Assembly (NCBI GenBank): GCA_963810935.1
Contig: CAWEPK010000003.1
Span: 96,001 to 160,000, forward strand
Origin: an uncultured delta proteobacterium
GTDB taxonomy: Bacteria; Desulfobacterota; Syntrophorhabdia; Syntrophorhabdales; WCHB1-27
DNA: 64,000 nt
Direction: 5' to 3'
Shown: piece after piece, positions 30,072-39,135 of the stretch
Position numbering within the stretch: position 1 is the stretch's first letter
Layout of the letters: each line of letters begins with the position of its first letter
Position numbers and translations under genes: made by a program
The notes under the pieces: generated by a model
What the model saw: only the letters and a program-made list of their open reading frames with translations
Database searches by the model: none
What the model was told of the DNA's origin: nothing

Positions 30072-30551
30072 TCATTTATTCTTCCTTTTGAAGATCCCGC
30101 TCTTGCCCCCGCTTTTTTCGAGCAGGTAGAACGGCCCGAGCTCTATCGATTTATCGATGGCCTTGCACATGTCGTATACCGTAAGGGCGGTCACCATCAC
30201 TGCCGCTATCGCCTCCATCTCAACGCCTGTCTGCCCCTGCACCCGGACGGTGGAGGTAATCTCTACGACGGGCTCGCCGGCCATGAACGTATATTCGATA
30301 TCGACGAACGTGATGGGAAGCGGGTGGCACAGGGGGACGAGCTCGGATGTCTTCTTGGCGGCCATGATGCCCGCGACCTTCGCTACGGTAAAGACGTCGC
30401 CTTTCGGCCCCTGCCCCTTGCGCACGATGTCGTACGCCTCTTCCGACATCCGCACCCGGCCGAAGGCCCGCGCCTCGCGTGCAGTCTCGGTTTTTCCTCC
30501 GACATCGACCATCCGCGCCTTTCCACTTTTATCTACATGGCTTAGCTTCAA
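30072..30551 (-). CDS. moaC: Cyclic pyranopterin monophosphate synthase MoaC
   Basis: ARMVDV, AAKKTS.L.PLCH, TGVEMEA, YDMCKA, KSGGKSG. Confidence 0.97.
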   Translation of the reverse strand: MKLSHVDKSGKARMVDVGGKTETAREARAFGRVRMSEEAYDIVRKGQGPKGDVFTVAKVAGIMAAKKTSELVPLCHPLPITFVDIEYTFMAGEPVVEITSTVRVQGQTGVEMEAIAAVMVTALTVYDMCKAIDKSIELGPFYLLEKSGGKSGIFKRKNK

Positions 30552-31526
30552 TTATCCTCCGATACCGCGCATGCTCCTCTGGCACTTCCTTACGGAGCCT
30601 TCTTCGACTTTCCTCTCCGGCTTTGCCTTCACCGTCCCTACCACGAAGTCGGCCAGCTCCTCGTCGCTCGCGCCCCTGCGCAAGAGCGCCTTCACGTCGT
30701 ATTCGACGTTCGAGAAGAGGCAGGGCCTGATCTTGCCGTCGGACGTAAGCCTTATCCTGTTGCACTCGTGGCAGATGTGCGTTGACATGGGGCTGATGAA
30801 GCCCACCTGGCCCGACCCGCCGTCGAGGTAGAACATTCTTGCCGGCCCCCTGCCGGGGCCGCCTGCGGGATGCAGGTCATAGACCCGGCGGATCATCTCT
30901 TCGAGCCGGGCGGAAGTCAGGATGCGCGAGCGGTCCCATAGGCTTTCCCGGCCGAAAGGCATAAACTCGATGAACCTAACCTGCACCGAGCGCTCCCTGG
31001 CGAAATCGGCAAAATCGATCGCCTCGTCATCGTTGAAGCCCTTTATCATGACTGTATTAATCTTAACCGGGTCAAGCCCTGCCGACGAGGCTTTCTCTAT
31101 GCTCTTCATAACCTTGTCGAATGCGTCAACCCCCGTGATATAGGCGAAGCGCTCGGGCTTGAGCGAGTCGAGGCTGATATTGACCCGCCGCAGCCCGCAG
31201 GCGCGCAGCTCGTCCACTGCGTCCGCCAGCTCTACGCCGTTCGTCGTCAGGCTTATGTCCTCTATGAGGCCCAGGGAGTCGATCTCTTTTATAAGGAAGG
31301 CAAGCCCCCTTCGCTGTAAGGGCTCTCCGCCGGTAAGCCTCACTTTGCGTACGCCCAATGAGGCGGCGACGCGCACGAACCTGAGGATTTCCTCGTATCT
31401 CAGGATCTCGTCGTGGGGAATGAAAGGGACGATGCTCTCCGTGCAGTACCTGCATCGGAGGTTGCACCTGTCCGTGATCGACACCCTCAGGTAGTTGATG
31501 ACACGGTTGAAATTATCCTTGAGCAT
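30552..31526 (-). CDS. moaA: GTP 3',8-cyclase MoaA
   Basis: YLRVSITDRCNLRCRYC, CHECNRIRLT, C-terminal GG. Confidence 0.97.
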   Translation of the reverse strand: MLKDNFNRVINYLRVSITDRCNLRCRYCTESIVPFIPHDEILRYEEILRFVRVAASLGVRKVRLTGGEPLQRRGLAFLIKEIDSLGLIEDISLTTNGVELADAVDELRACGLRRVNISLDSLKPERFAYITGVDAFDKVMKSIEKASSAGLDPVKINTVMIKGFNDDEAIDFADFARERSVQVRFIEFMPFGRESLWDRSRILTSARLEEMIRRVYDLHPAGGPGRGPARMFYLDGGSGQVGFISPMSTHICHECNRIRLTSDGKIRPCLFSNVEYDVKALLRRGASDEELADFVVGTVKAKPERKVEEGSVRKCQRSMRGIGG

Positions 31527-33423
31527 ACTTGACCTTACCGCTCTCTTCCGTATTGTAGCCGCCCAGCGCCCCGAGTCTCGACGCAAACTCCGGCGAGGCG
31601 ATGAGCTCGATCAGTATATCGAACTTCGGGTCCGCCCTGAAATCTTCAGTCACCAGCAGGTCGTATTCCTCTTCCATGATGGGGATGAAATCGAGACCGA
31701 ACGTGCGGGAGACGGCATGGATTGCGAGGCTGGTGTCTGCGATCCCCTCTTTGACTAGGATGGCGGCCGCCGTATGGGTCGCCTCCTCCCGGTCGTACCC
31801 GTGGATCGATCTCGGGTCGATCCCTTTTTCCTTAAGCATCATGTCGAGCAGTATCCGCGTGCCCGACCCTGACTGCCGGTTGACGAACCTTACATCGCTT
31901 CGGTTCAGGTCAGCTACGCCCGTTATGGCCTTCGGGTTCCCCTTTGCGATGAGAAGCCCCTGCATCCTTCTGGCTACGTGGATGAGGGCAACGGGCCTGC
32001 CCGGCAGATACTTCTTTATTGCAGGTATATTATATACCTTTTCCTGCTCATCGAGTATATGGGTGGTGACCAGGTCCGTCACCCCCTTCTGCATGGCCAT
32101 GATCCCGCTCAGGCTGCCCACGTGCGCGGATACGAGGTCGAGGGCGGGGAAGCGGGTCTTTATCATGTCCCGGAGCACGTCGAGCGAGAGGTCGTGGCTC
32201 CCCACGATGTTGATCCTGCGTCCGAGCTCGTCTTCCGGCCGCAGCAGCTCCGCCCGGACGGTTGCGCCCGCGTTGTAACCTTCCACGTTCTCCGGTATCG
32301 TAACCAGCGCATCCGCGCGGGAAAGCGACGAAAAGACTCCCGCGCCGCGCGGCAGCACGTACGCGTAGTACCGGTTGTCCTTGGCTACGAGCCTTACCCT
32401 CAAAATCTCCTCTACGCCTATGGCGGACGGCAGGTGGTACGGGGTGGTGCACTCGACGGACCATTGGGACGTGTATGCGCCGCACAGCTTCTCATAGACC
32501 GCGCCTAAAAACGTCTTGAAGCTCACTACTGCGGAGACCGGGTAACCCGGTATGCCGAAAACGGGTTTCCCGCCGATCAGGCCGAACATGGCGGCTTTAC
32601 CCGGCATCATTGCCACGCCATGGAAGACAAGGGTGCCGAACTCGCGGATCAGGGTCTCCGTAAAATCTTCAGTGCCTGCGCTCGAGCCCGCGTTTATGAC
32701 GAGCACGTCGCTTCCTGGGAGGTTGGCGTTAAGGATGGCCCGGAGGTGCGCCTTGTCCTTCGCGATCTCCGTCTTCGTCACCTGGAAGCCCATCTCCTCG
32801 CCCAGCGCCGTGAGCGTATAGGAGTTGAAGTCGATCAGCTTGTGGGGCAGGAGTGCGCTTGCATCCTGCGAGTAGATATCGACCAGCTCGTTCCCGGTAG
32901 GGATGATAAGGAGCCTTGGCTTTGTCCTGACGGGCAGCTCTTTTATGCCCGCGGCGAGGAGAAGGCCGATGTCCAGGATGCCGAGCCTGTAATTCACGGG
33001 GAAGAGCATGTCGCCTTCGATGATGTCTTCGCCGGTCAGCCTTACGTGCTGCCAGAGGGAGGCCGCCTTCCTTATAGTGATCTGCCCGCCTTTTTCCTCG
33101 ACGTCTTCCACCATGACGACGGCGTTCGTGCCCTGCGGCATGGGGTCCCCGGTATTGACGAGCACCGCCGATTTGCCCAAATGCAGGCTTACCGGGGTCG
33201 TAAGGTCCGCGTCCAGCGTCTCCTCGAAGGAGACCGCATAGCCGTCCATGGCAGCGGAGGTAAACGGGGGGTTCGACCGGGCCGCTATCACGGGCTCCGA
33301 TGTCACCCTGCCTGCGGCCGCAGGCGCCGGGACGTCTTCCTCTGCGGCCATAGGCTTTATTTCGGCCAGGACCCTGCGGAGCGCCTCTTTCTTATCGATG
33401 GTCGCGAGATATCTCTTAGCCAA
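31513..33423 (-). CDS. MoeA fused to C-terminal periplasmic-binding-protein-like domain
   Basis: AAMDGYA, GSSAG.ED, PGYPVS, then GSHD, VGSLSG, NRQ.GSGTR. Confidence 0.9.
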   Translation of the reverse strand: MAKRYLATIDKKEALRRVLAEIKPMAAEEDVPAPAAAGRVTSEPVIAARSNPPFTSAAMDGYAVSFEETLDADLTTPVSLHLGKSAVLVNTGDPMPQGTNAVVMVEDVEEKGGQITIRKAASLWQHVRLTGEDIIEGDMLFPVNYRLGILDIGLLLAAGIKELPVRTKPRLLIIPTGNELVDIYSQDASALLPHKLIDFNSYTLTALGEEMGFQVTKTEIAKDKAHLRAILNANLPGSDVLVINAGSSAGTEDFTETLIREFGTLVFHGVAMMPGKAAMFGLIGGKPVFGIPGYPVSAVVSFKTFLGAVYEKLCGAYTSQWSVECTTPYHLPSAIGVEEILRVRLVAKDNRYYAYVLPRGAGVFSSLSRADALVTIPENVEGYNAGATVRAELLRPEDELGRRINIVGSHDLSLDVLRDMIKTRFPALDLVSAHVGSLSGIMAMQKGVTDLVTTHILDEQEKVYNIPAIKKYLPGRPVALIHVARRMQGLLIAKGNPKAITGVADLNRSDVRFVNRQSGSGTRILLDMMLKEKGIDPRSIHGYDREEATHTAAAILVKEGIADTSLAIHAVSRTFGLDFIPIMEEEYDLLVTEDFRADPKFDILIELIASPEFASRLGALGGYNTEESGKVKYAQG

Positions 33424-34639
33424 AAGGGAGCACCTCTACCTCTTCGCCTACCTCAAGCCCTTCCTTCCCTTCGGGGATTACCACGTAGCCGTCCGCCATC
33501 GAAAGGGTCGATATAACGGCGGATTTCGCGAAGATCGGCTCTACCGTCACGCCGTCCGGCCCGGAAACCACGTTGACCCTCACGTATTCCTCTATGCCAT
33601 AGGTTGACGGGACGTTGGTCGCGAGCCGCCCGGTGACGCTCCATCGCGGCCCTCGCGACTTTTCTCCTTTGAGCCGCGAAAGGAAGGGAAGCACGAAGCG
33701 GATGACGACCATGGCGCACGAGACGGGGTGGCCCGGAAGGCCGAAGACTGCTTTGTCCCATAACCGGGCGAAGATCGTCGGCTTACCCGGCCTTACGTTG
33801 AGACCGTGGAAGAGTATCGTGCCGCCCAATTGCTCGACTGCGGCAGTCATGAAATCCGCCTGCCCCTTCGAGCTGCCGCCGGACAGAAGGATGGCGTCGC
33901 ACTCTTTCAGGGAAGAGAGCTTCTCCGCGAGAGCATCGACAGTATCTTTCGCGATACCGGCGAACCGCACCAGGCAGCCGCTCGATTGTATCAACCCGGA
34001 TATCGTATGCGTATTTATGTCGCGCACCTGGCCCGGACCCGGCGCCTCATCAGCAGCCACGATCTCGTCTCCTGAAGAGATGAGGCCGCATTCCGGCTGC
34101 CTGAATACGGGAACGCACGTGACCCCCAGGGCGGCCAGAAGACCCAAATCGAAGGGGGAGATTATGCGCCCCTTTTCGAGCACGGCCTGTCCCGCCTTTA
34201 CGTCCTCCCCGGCGAAGCAGACGTTCTCTCCTTTCCGGACTGTGCGGGTAATCTCCACACCGTCGCCTGCTGCCCTGGAATATTCGTCCATGACTACGCC
34301 GTCCGAGCCCTCAGGAAGCATGGCGCCTGTCGCCACATAGACCGCGTCGCCGTCGCCGACCCGGACGTCGGCCGCCCTGCCGACACCGACCTGCCCGATC
34401 ATGCGGAAAAACGCGGGCGTGCCCTCCCGTGCGCCGTAGGTATCCTTGGCTTTTACAGCATAGCCGTCAACGAGGGACCTTCGAAAAGAAGGTATGTCCT
34501 CCCCGGCCGTTATATCCGAGGCGAGCACCCGGCAGACTGCGCGCTCGAAAGGCGCAACCTCGGCTTGCAGCGGGGCAACAGGAAAAGACGCGATAAGCCG
34601 TGCAGCTTCCGCTGCTGTAGTAGAAGTTAGAAATTCCAA
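33416..34639 (-). CDS. moeA: Molybdopterin molybdotransferase MoeA
   Basis: SLVDGYAV, SGDE, SGGSS.G..D, RPGKP, GLPGHPVS. Confidence 0.93.
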   Translation of the reverse strand: MEFLTSTTAAEAARLIASFPVAPLQAEVAPFERAVCRVLASDITAGEDIPSFRRSLVDGYAVKAKDTYGAREGTPAFFRMIGQVGVGRAADVRVGDGDAVYVATGAMLPEGSDGVVMDEYSRAAGDGVEITRTVRKGENVCFAGEDVKAGQAVLEKGRIISPFDLGLLAALGVTCVPVFRQPECGLISSGDEIVAADEAPGPGQVRDINTHTISGLIQSSGCLVRFAGIAKDTVDALAEKLSSLKECDAILLSGGSSKGQADFMTAAVEQLGGTILFHGLNVRPGKPTIFARLWDKAVFGLPGHPVSCAMVVIRFVLPFLSRLKGEKSRGPRWSVTGRLATNVPSTYGIEEYVRVNVVSGPDGVTVEPIFAKSAVISTLSMADGYVVIPEGKEGLEVGEEVEVLPFG

Positions 34640-34665
34640 GGGACAGGATCACCAATAATGGTGAA

Positions 34666-34694
34666 ATATTACAGCCGGGGCCGATTATTGTCAA
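34666..34694 (-). promoter_or_regulatory. Sigma70 promoter upstream of moeA
   Basis: TTGACA-17-TAATAT on minus strand, overlapping the yqeC 3' end. Confidence 0.55.
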
Positions 34695-35454
34695 TGATTG
34701 GCGTGGGGCCGTGGTCCCCTGTAACATCGTAGAATAGACCCTTACGGATAGAGCCGACGAGAACGCGGCAGGCCCCCGTCTGCCGGAGGATGGAAACAGC
34801 AAGCCCCGGCACGGCCTCTTTGCTGCGGCAGGCGTCGTACTTGTTGAGGAAAACGACACAGCGGCCTGCGTCGATGCCCTTCATGAGCGCGTCTTTCTCG
34901 AAGAGCCGCTGGAAGACGGCAGGCGTGATCCGGGCCTCGCCGGAGACCCCGGCTGCCTCAATAAAAAGCTGCCACCTGAATACCTGCTCCGCGATTCGCG
35001 CACCCAAGGCGTCGAGCCCGGCAACGACGACGGTAAGGTCGGAGAAGGGGGGGATCACCGGCTCATATTCCGCCGGATACTTGAGGGGGAGCCTTTTTGC
35101 GCCGTCCGCCTCTACGAGGACATAATCGTACGTCCGGCCGAGACTTGCCACTTCATCGACGGTAAGGCCCGTGAGCTTTACCCCTTCGACGGACTTGCCG
35201 ACCCTTGCGAACCGCCCGTCCGGCGCGCCGGCCGCCGTATTCTGGTCGTCGAAAAGGAGATAGGGTTTTTCCGCCTGTATTTTGGTTGTAGTAGTAAAGA
35301 CTGCCCGCTTCCCGCTGCCTGCGGCAGCGCGTCCGAGGAATTCGCAGAGCGACGTTTTTCCGCCGCCCCCCACGAAGCTTATGAACTTACCGCAAAGAAG
35401 GAGCGGGAGGGGATCGATCCGCTCAAGGCTCGGCATGGGGAAGGTTTTTGACAC
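34669..35454 (-). CDS. yqeC: YqeC-like protein (selenium-dependent Mo-hydroxylase accessory)
   Basis: VGGGGKTS, TTTTKI, LVEADGAKRLPLK.P..YEPVIP. Confidence 0.85.
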   Translation of the reverse strand: MSKTFPMPSLERIDPLPLLLCGKFISFVGGGGKTSLCEFLGRAAAGSGKRAVFTTTTKIQAEKPYLLFDDQNTAAGAPDGRFARVGKSVEGVKLTGLTVDEVASLGRTYDYVLVEADGAKRLPLKYPAEYEPVIPPFSDLTVVVAGLDALGARIAEQVFRWQLFIEAAGVSGEARITPAVFQRLFEKDALMKGIDAGRCVVFLNKYDACRSKEAVPGLAVSILRQTGACRVLVGSIRKGLFYDVTGDHGPTPIIDNNRPRL

Positions 35455-35665
35455 GGGTGACTATGGCCATGACACGCGCCTCATCCTTCTGCCTCACGAA
35501 CAGAGAGGCATAGCCCTTCTGGAGGATGAAAAGGCCGTCGTACGCCGTGTCTTTGTGCTCCTTCATCACGTACTCGATCGATTCCCCCCGGAGCGCTTCC
35601 TTAAGCAGGTCCATCTCGAAAATGTTTTCGACCGTATGGACCTTGACCCACTTATCCGGACTCAT
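35423..35665 (-). CDS. Small DUF2007-like putative signal-transducing protein
   Basis: W.KV.T.EN.FE..LL...L..E.I pattern; overlaps neighbours in operon. Confidence 0.65.
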   Translation of the reverse strand: MSPDKWVKVHTVENIFEMDLLKEALRGESIEYVMKEHKDTAYDGLFILQKGYASLFVRQKDEARVMAIVTRVKNLPHAEP

Positions 35666-36123
35666 TGGTCCTTATGCTGGGCAGAAGGCGCGGGCTGCAC
35701 CCGGTCCACCGGGCCTACCCATATCTCGACCTGCGTCGTAAAGGCGTCCCTCGACGTCCTGATGTTCGATGCCCGGTCTTCCTTCATAAAGTTCAGGATC
35801 ATGTCGCCGTATTTGTAGCTGTTTATGAGGCGCCACCCGTTCTTCGCCATGTTGGTCCTGAAGTATGTCTCCAGCGAAGGAACGTCGACGTTGCCGGAGA
35901 GCACGAGCACGCCCGCCTTCACGGAAGGCGTCTCATAGACGAAGCTCTTTTCCCTCAGGAGGTTCAGCTCCCTGGGCACAGGGATGTCGGGGAACGTGTA
36001 GAAAACAACATTGGGGGCGTCCTTTTTGGCCGTGGGCGACGGGTCCTGGGCCGCCGGCGGCCGTGCCGAGCATCCCCAAACGAATAGAACCATTGCCGCA
36101 AAAACCAACATCCCTTTCTTCAT
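35662..36123 (-). CDS. Hypothetical lipoprotein
   Basis: MKK + hydrophobic stretch + WGC lipobox; FPDIPVP, M.KNGW. Confidence 0.75.
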   Translation of the reverse strand: MKKGMLVFAAMVLFVWGCSARPPAAQDPSPTAKKDAPNVVFYTFPDIPVPRELNLLREKSFVYETPSVKAGVLVLSGNVDVPSLETYFRTNMAKNGWRLINSYKYGDMILNFMKEDRASNIRTSRDAFTTQVEIWVGPVDRVQPAPSAQHKDQ

Positions 36124-36911
36124 ACCTTCCCTCCCTCGTTTTTTCTTTCCAGGTATGCATAGGCGCTGTGGTTGTGAATGCTCTCGAAGTTTTCCGCCTC
36201 TACCACAAAATGGGTAACGTTCGACTCATTGCCCAGCTTCTCGGCAACGTCTCTCGCAACGTCTTCGACGAACTTCGGGTTTTCGAAGGCCTTTTCAGTC
36301 ACGAATTTCTCGTCCTGCCTTTTGAGCACGGAGAAGACGTCGCAGCTCGAACAGCCTTCCACTAGGGCTATCAGGTCTTCCAGCCAGAAGAAGCGCTTGA
36401 ATTGCACAGAGACGGTCACTATGCCCCTCTGGTTGTGCGCCCCGTAGTCGCTTATCTCCTTCGAGCAGGGGCAGAGGGTCGTCACGGGCACGGAGACGAA
36501 CACGGTAAAATCCCTCATCCTGTTGGCGCTGTCCATGTGGCCCGAGAACCCGCACATATACTCCAGGTAGCCGGGCGTGCCCGTTACAGGGGCGTCCTTC
36601 CTGATGAAGTACGGAAAGCGTACCTCCATGTGGGCGGTCTCGGCTTTCAGCCTCCCCTTCATCTCCCTCAGGACGCCGGGGAAGTCCCGCATGTTGATCA
36701 TATTCTTGTGCGCATGGAGGATCTCGACGAAGCGGCTCATGTGCGTGCCCTTGAACTCGTGTGGAAGGCTCACGTACATGCTGATCTCGGCAATGGTGTG
36801 CTGGGAGCCGTTCACCTTGTCGAGCACAACGATCGGGTACTTGACCCTTCTCACGCCAACCTTGTCTATCTCGATGTTCCGGGAGTCGTGCATATTCTGT
36901 ACGTCTTTCAT
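36120..36911 (-). CDS. folE2: GTP cyclohydrolase IB FolE2
   Basis: KGTHMSRF, TTLCPCSK, GAHNQR, NPKFVED, ESIHNH. Confidence 0.96.
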   Translation of the reverse strand: MKDVQNMHDSRNIEIDKVGVRRVKYPIVVLDKVNGSQHTIAEISMYVSLPHEFKGTHMSRFVEILHAHKNMINMRDFPGVLREMKGRLKAETAHMEVRFPYFIRKDAPVTGTPGYLEYMCGFSGHMDSANRMRDFTVFVSVPVTTLCPCSKEISDYGAHNQRGIVTVSVQFKRFFWLEDLIALVEGCSSCDVFSVLKRQDEKFVTEKAFENPKFVEDVARDVAEKLGNESNVTHFVVEAENFESIHNHSAYAYLERKNEGGKV

Positions 36912-36917
36912 GCTGTC

Positions 36918-37287
36918 CTACTCCCTGTATGCGGCGTAAGCGTTGTCCGATTCCCACACCCGCACTTCTTTGACCGCCACGGCGTGCCCTTCGAGCCTGC
37001 TCCTTAAGCCGGCCGTAGAAGTAGACGGCGAGCCACTCCGAAGAGCTTGCCCTTTCCTTGAAGAAGGGGATGTCGTTTATGTATTTGTGGTCGAGGTCGG
37101 CGACTATCGTCCGGAGGTGAGATTTGAGGATGGCGAAATCGACCACCATGCCGTCAGCGCCGACCTGCCCGCCCTCGAAAAGCGCCTCAACCCTGAAGTT
37201 ATGGCCGTGCAAATCCTCGCATTTACCATGGTACATCTCGATCCTGTGTGCCGCGGCAAACGTCTCCCGAATGCATAAGGTAAACAT
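36918..37287 (-). CDS. queD: 6-carboxytetrahydropterin synthase QueD; +1 frameshift at ~36996
   Basis: FAAAH, CEDLHGHN, LDHKYIND; shifted frame gives VKEVRVWES. Confidence 0.9.
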
Positions 37288-37330
37288 GCAGTAATCTATA
37301 ATGGGGCGGGATTATTGTCAATACAGTGAT

Positions 37331-37470
37331 TGGGGCCGGGTGGGGGCCGGGATCTTTCCGCGCCTTTCGTGTCGTTTTTCTCGGGCGCGAGTCCTCACAT
37401 ACAAATTACGTATGCTGCGGCTCGCTTGGTCGAAAAACAACACGAAATCCATCGAAAATCTCCCGGCCCC
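37331..37470. repeat. Palindromic REP/MITE-like element, family 2 copy 2
   Basis: Outer IR ggggccggga / tcccggcccc, inner stem ttcgtgtcgtttttc / gaaaaacaacacgaa; core shared with 12747-12811. Confidence 0.7.
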
Positions 37471-37689
37471 TTTCCTGGGTGTGCTAGGATTCATATGTTT
37501 GTAGGATTGGAACCTTAGCTGTTGGACAGCGTTCGGGCAAGAAAGGCCATACCGGATATTTCTCTGCGTTGACAAATCTGGTTTTTTTTGTTGAAATCAC
37601 TTCGTCGAAGTGGTAGGTCGTAATAGGGGCAGGGGATTCACGCGGTAGAGTACAGACAGACCGTTGTCACCAAGCCTTCGGAGGAGAAT

Positions 37690-38457
37690 ATGGCCGACCA
37701 TGATAAGATGCTCAAGCTTTTGGCAGGGAAAGATACGCCGACCCCTGATGACTTCAAAGCCTTAGTGACAGGCATTGACAGCCACGAGGTTCTTGCGAAG
37801 GTCTTCCTTCTTGAAGGTGTTCCGTTCGTTTTCAAGGACAGTCCAATGAAATATGTGATTTTCCGTGAACAGGTAGCTGAGCGTTTCGGAGTTGGTTCTC
37901 ATGACGTCTGCATCGTTGGAAGCGCGAAACTGGGATTCAGCCCTTCGCCATACAAGTTTGGCACCTCATTTTCGACTACCTCCGACGTTGATGTCGTGGT
38001 GGTTTCTGAATCCCTTTTCTATAGGGGCTCACGGGAATTGTTGGGTGTTCTCGAACGGCTAGAGCCTGCCCTTTATAAGATAAGAAACCCAGGCCCCACC
38101 CCACCCGTCGTTTCTCTTCAAGATTGGAGGAGCGTTAAGGAAGCTGTGCGCAACTTCGTCTATCGGAATTTCAATCCCGGGCTGTTGCCTTTTGACCACG
38201 CCCTAAGGATTGATATCTTTAGTAAGATCAGCAGTACTGCGGGCCTATTTCTCGCTCTTGAACCGCAGGTCTTTGTTTCAACGATTCGATGTCGAATCTT
38301 CTGCGATTGGAAGGCAGCCGAGGATTACTACGCCAATACCTTACGGCAAGCTAAAGAACAGTTTACCAAGGGTACTCAGAGCGAAGCCGATATCGATGAA
38401 GAAGGAGTAACTTTAGAAACGGCGAGCTCGGTTGAGACAGGCAGAGAGGGCGGGTAA
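37690..38457 (+). CDS. Orphan Pol-beta-superfamily nucleotidyltransferase-like protein, low-GC
   Basis: IVGSAKLGFS...SDVDVVVV (hG[GS]...DhD) motif; SD GGAG; composition differs from neighbours. Confidence 0.7.
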   Translation: MADHDKMLKLLAGKDTPTPDDFKALVTGIDSHEVLAKVFLLEGVPFVFKDSPMKYVIFREQVAERFGVGSHDVCIVGSAKLGFSPSPYKFGTSFSTTSDVDVVVVSESLFYRGSRELLGVLERLEPALYKIRNPGPTPPVVSLQDWRSVKEAVRNFVYRNFNPGLLPFDHALRIDIFSKISSTAGLFLALEPQVFVSTIRCRIFCDWKAAEDYYANTLRQAKEQFTKGTQSEADIDEEGVTLETASSVETGREGG

Positions 38458-38683
38458 CGCTACCTTCCGCCGGAGCGCTTGTAATGTAGGTGAACCCTCT
38501 GCTCTTTCGATTGGCAATTGTCACACTTGAAGACAATCTGTAATGCTGGAGTTGCACGTATTATCACCACCCACCCCGCTTGCTCTCCCAACGCCCCAAA
38601 TGTCGGGTTCCGGCTTTCACAAATCATTAATACAAGGCGTCTCTCTGCTCTGAGTACCCCTTCCGTCATAACGGCAGGTTGTC

Positions 38684-38712
38684 TTGACTTCCCCCGGTTA
38701 TTATGAGATAAT
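38684..38712 (+). promoter_or_regulatory. Sigma70 promoter of cold-shock gene
   Basis: TTGACT-17-GATAAT with extended TG. Confidence 0.65.
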
Positions 38713-38824
38713 ACATCTATAAAGTTTACGTTTTTGCCGTATGAAGGCCGCAAAGACTCTTGAGCTTTGTGGCCCTTTTTATTGCGTTTCGTAACCTTTC
38801 AATCTACGAAAGGAGTATCTGAGC

Positions 38825-39025
38825 ATGACAAAGGGAACTGTTAAATGGTTTAACGAGTCCAAGGGTTTTGGATTCATCGCCCGTGAAGACGGCGAAGACG
38901 TTTTTGTCCACCATACGTCGATCAGCGGTGGCGGCTTCAAGTCTCTGACCGAAGGTCAGGCTGTCACGTTTGACGTCGAGAAGACGCCAAAAGGCCCCAG
39001 GGCCACAAACGTCGTAGCCGGCTAA
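38825..39025 (+). CDS. Cold-shock protein
   Basis: [19 protein letters not shown]. Confidence 0.97.
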   Translation: MTKGTVKWFNESKGFGFIAREDGEDVFVHHTSISGGGFKSLTEGQAVTFDVEKTPKGPRATNVVAG

Positions 39026-39042
39026 CTTATCGGCTGAATACG

Positions 39043-39075
39043 CAAAAAGGCCCCTTTCCGGGGCCTTTTTTATTT
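39043..39075 (+). terminator. Intrinsic terminator
   Basis: aaaaaggccc-ctttcc-gggccttttttattt. Confidence 0.85.
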
Positions 39076-39135
39076 GTTTCTTCACTACAGGGTTGCGCCC
39101 GGACCCTGCCTCAAGTTATAAATGAGGTTTCTCCT

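Noticed and set aside
36295..37287. Apparent 330-aa QueD extension overlapping folE2
   Set aside because: Caused by one extra base at ~36996; the shifted frame gives a normal QueD end with a stop at 36918
38460..38753. Partner gene for the nucleotidyltransferase
   Set aside because: Short ORFs without SD or recognisable motifs that overlap the csp promoter
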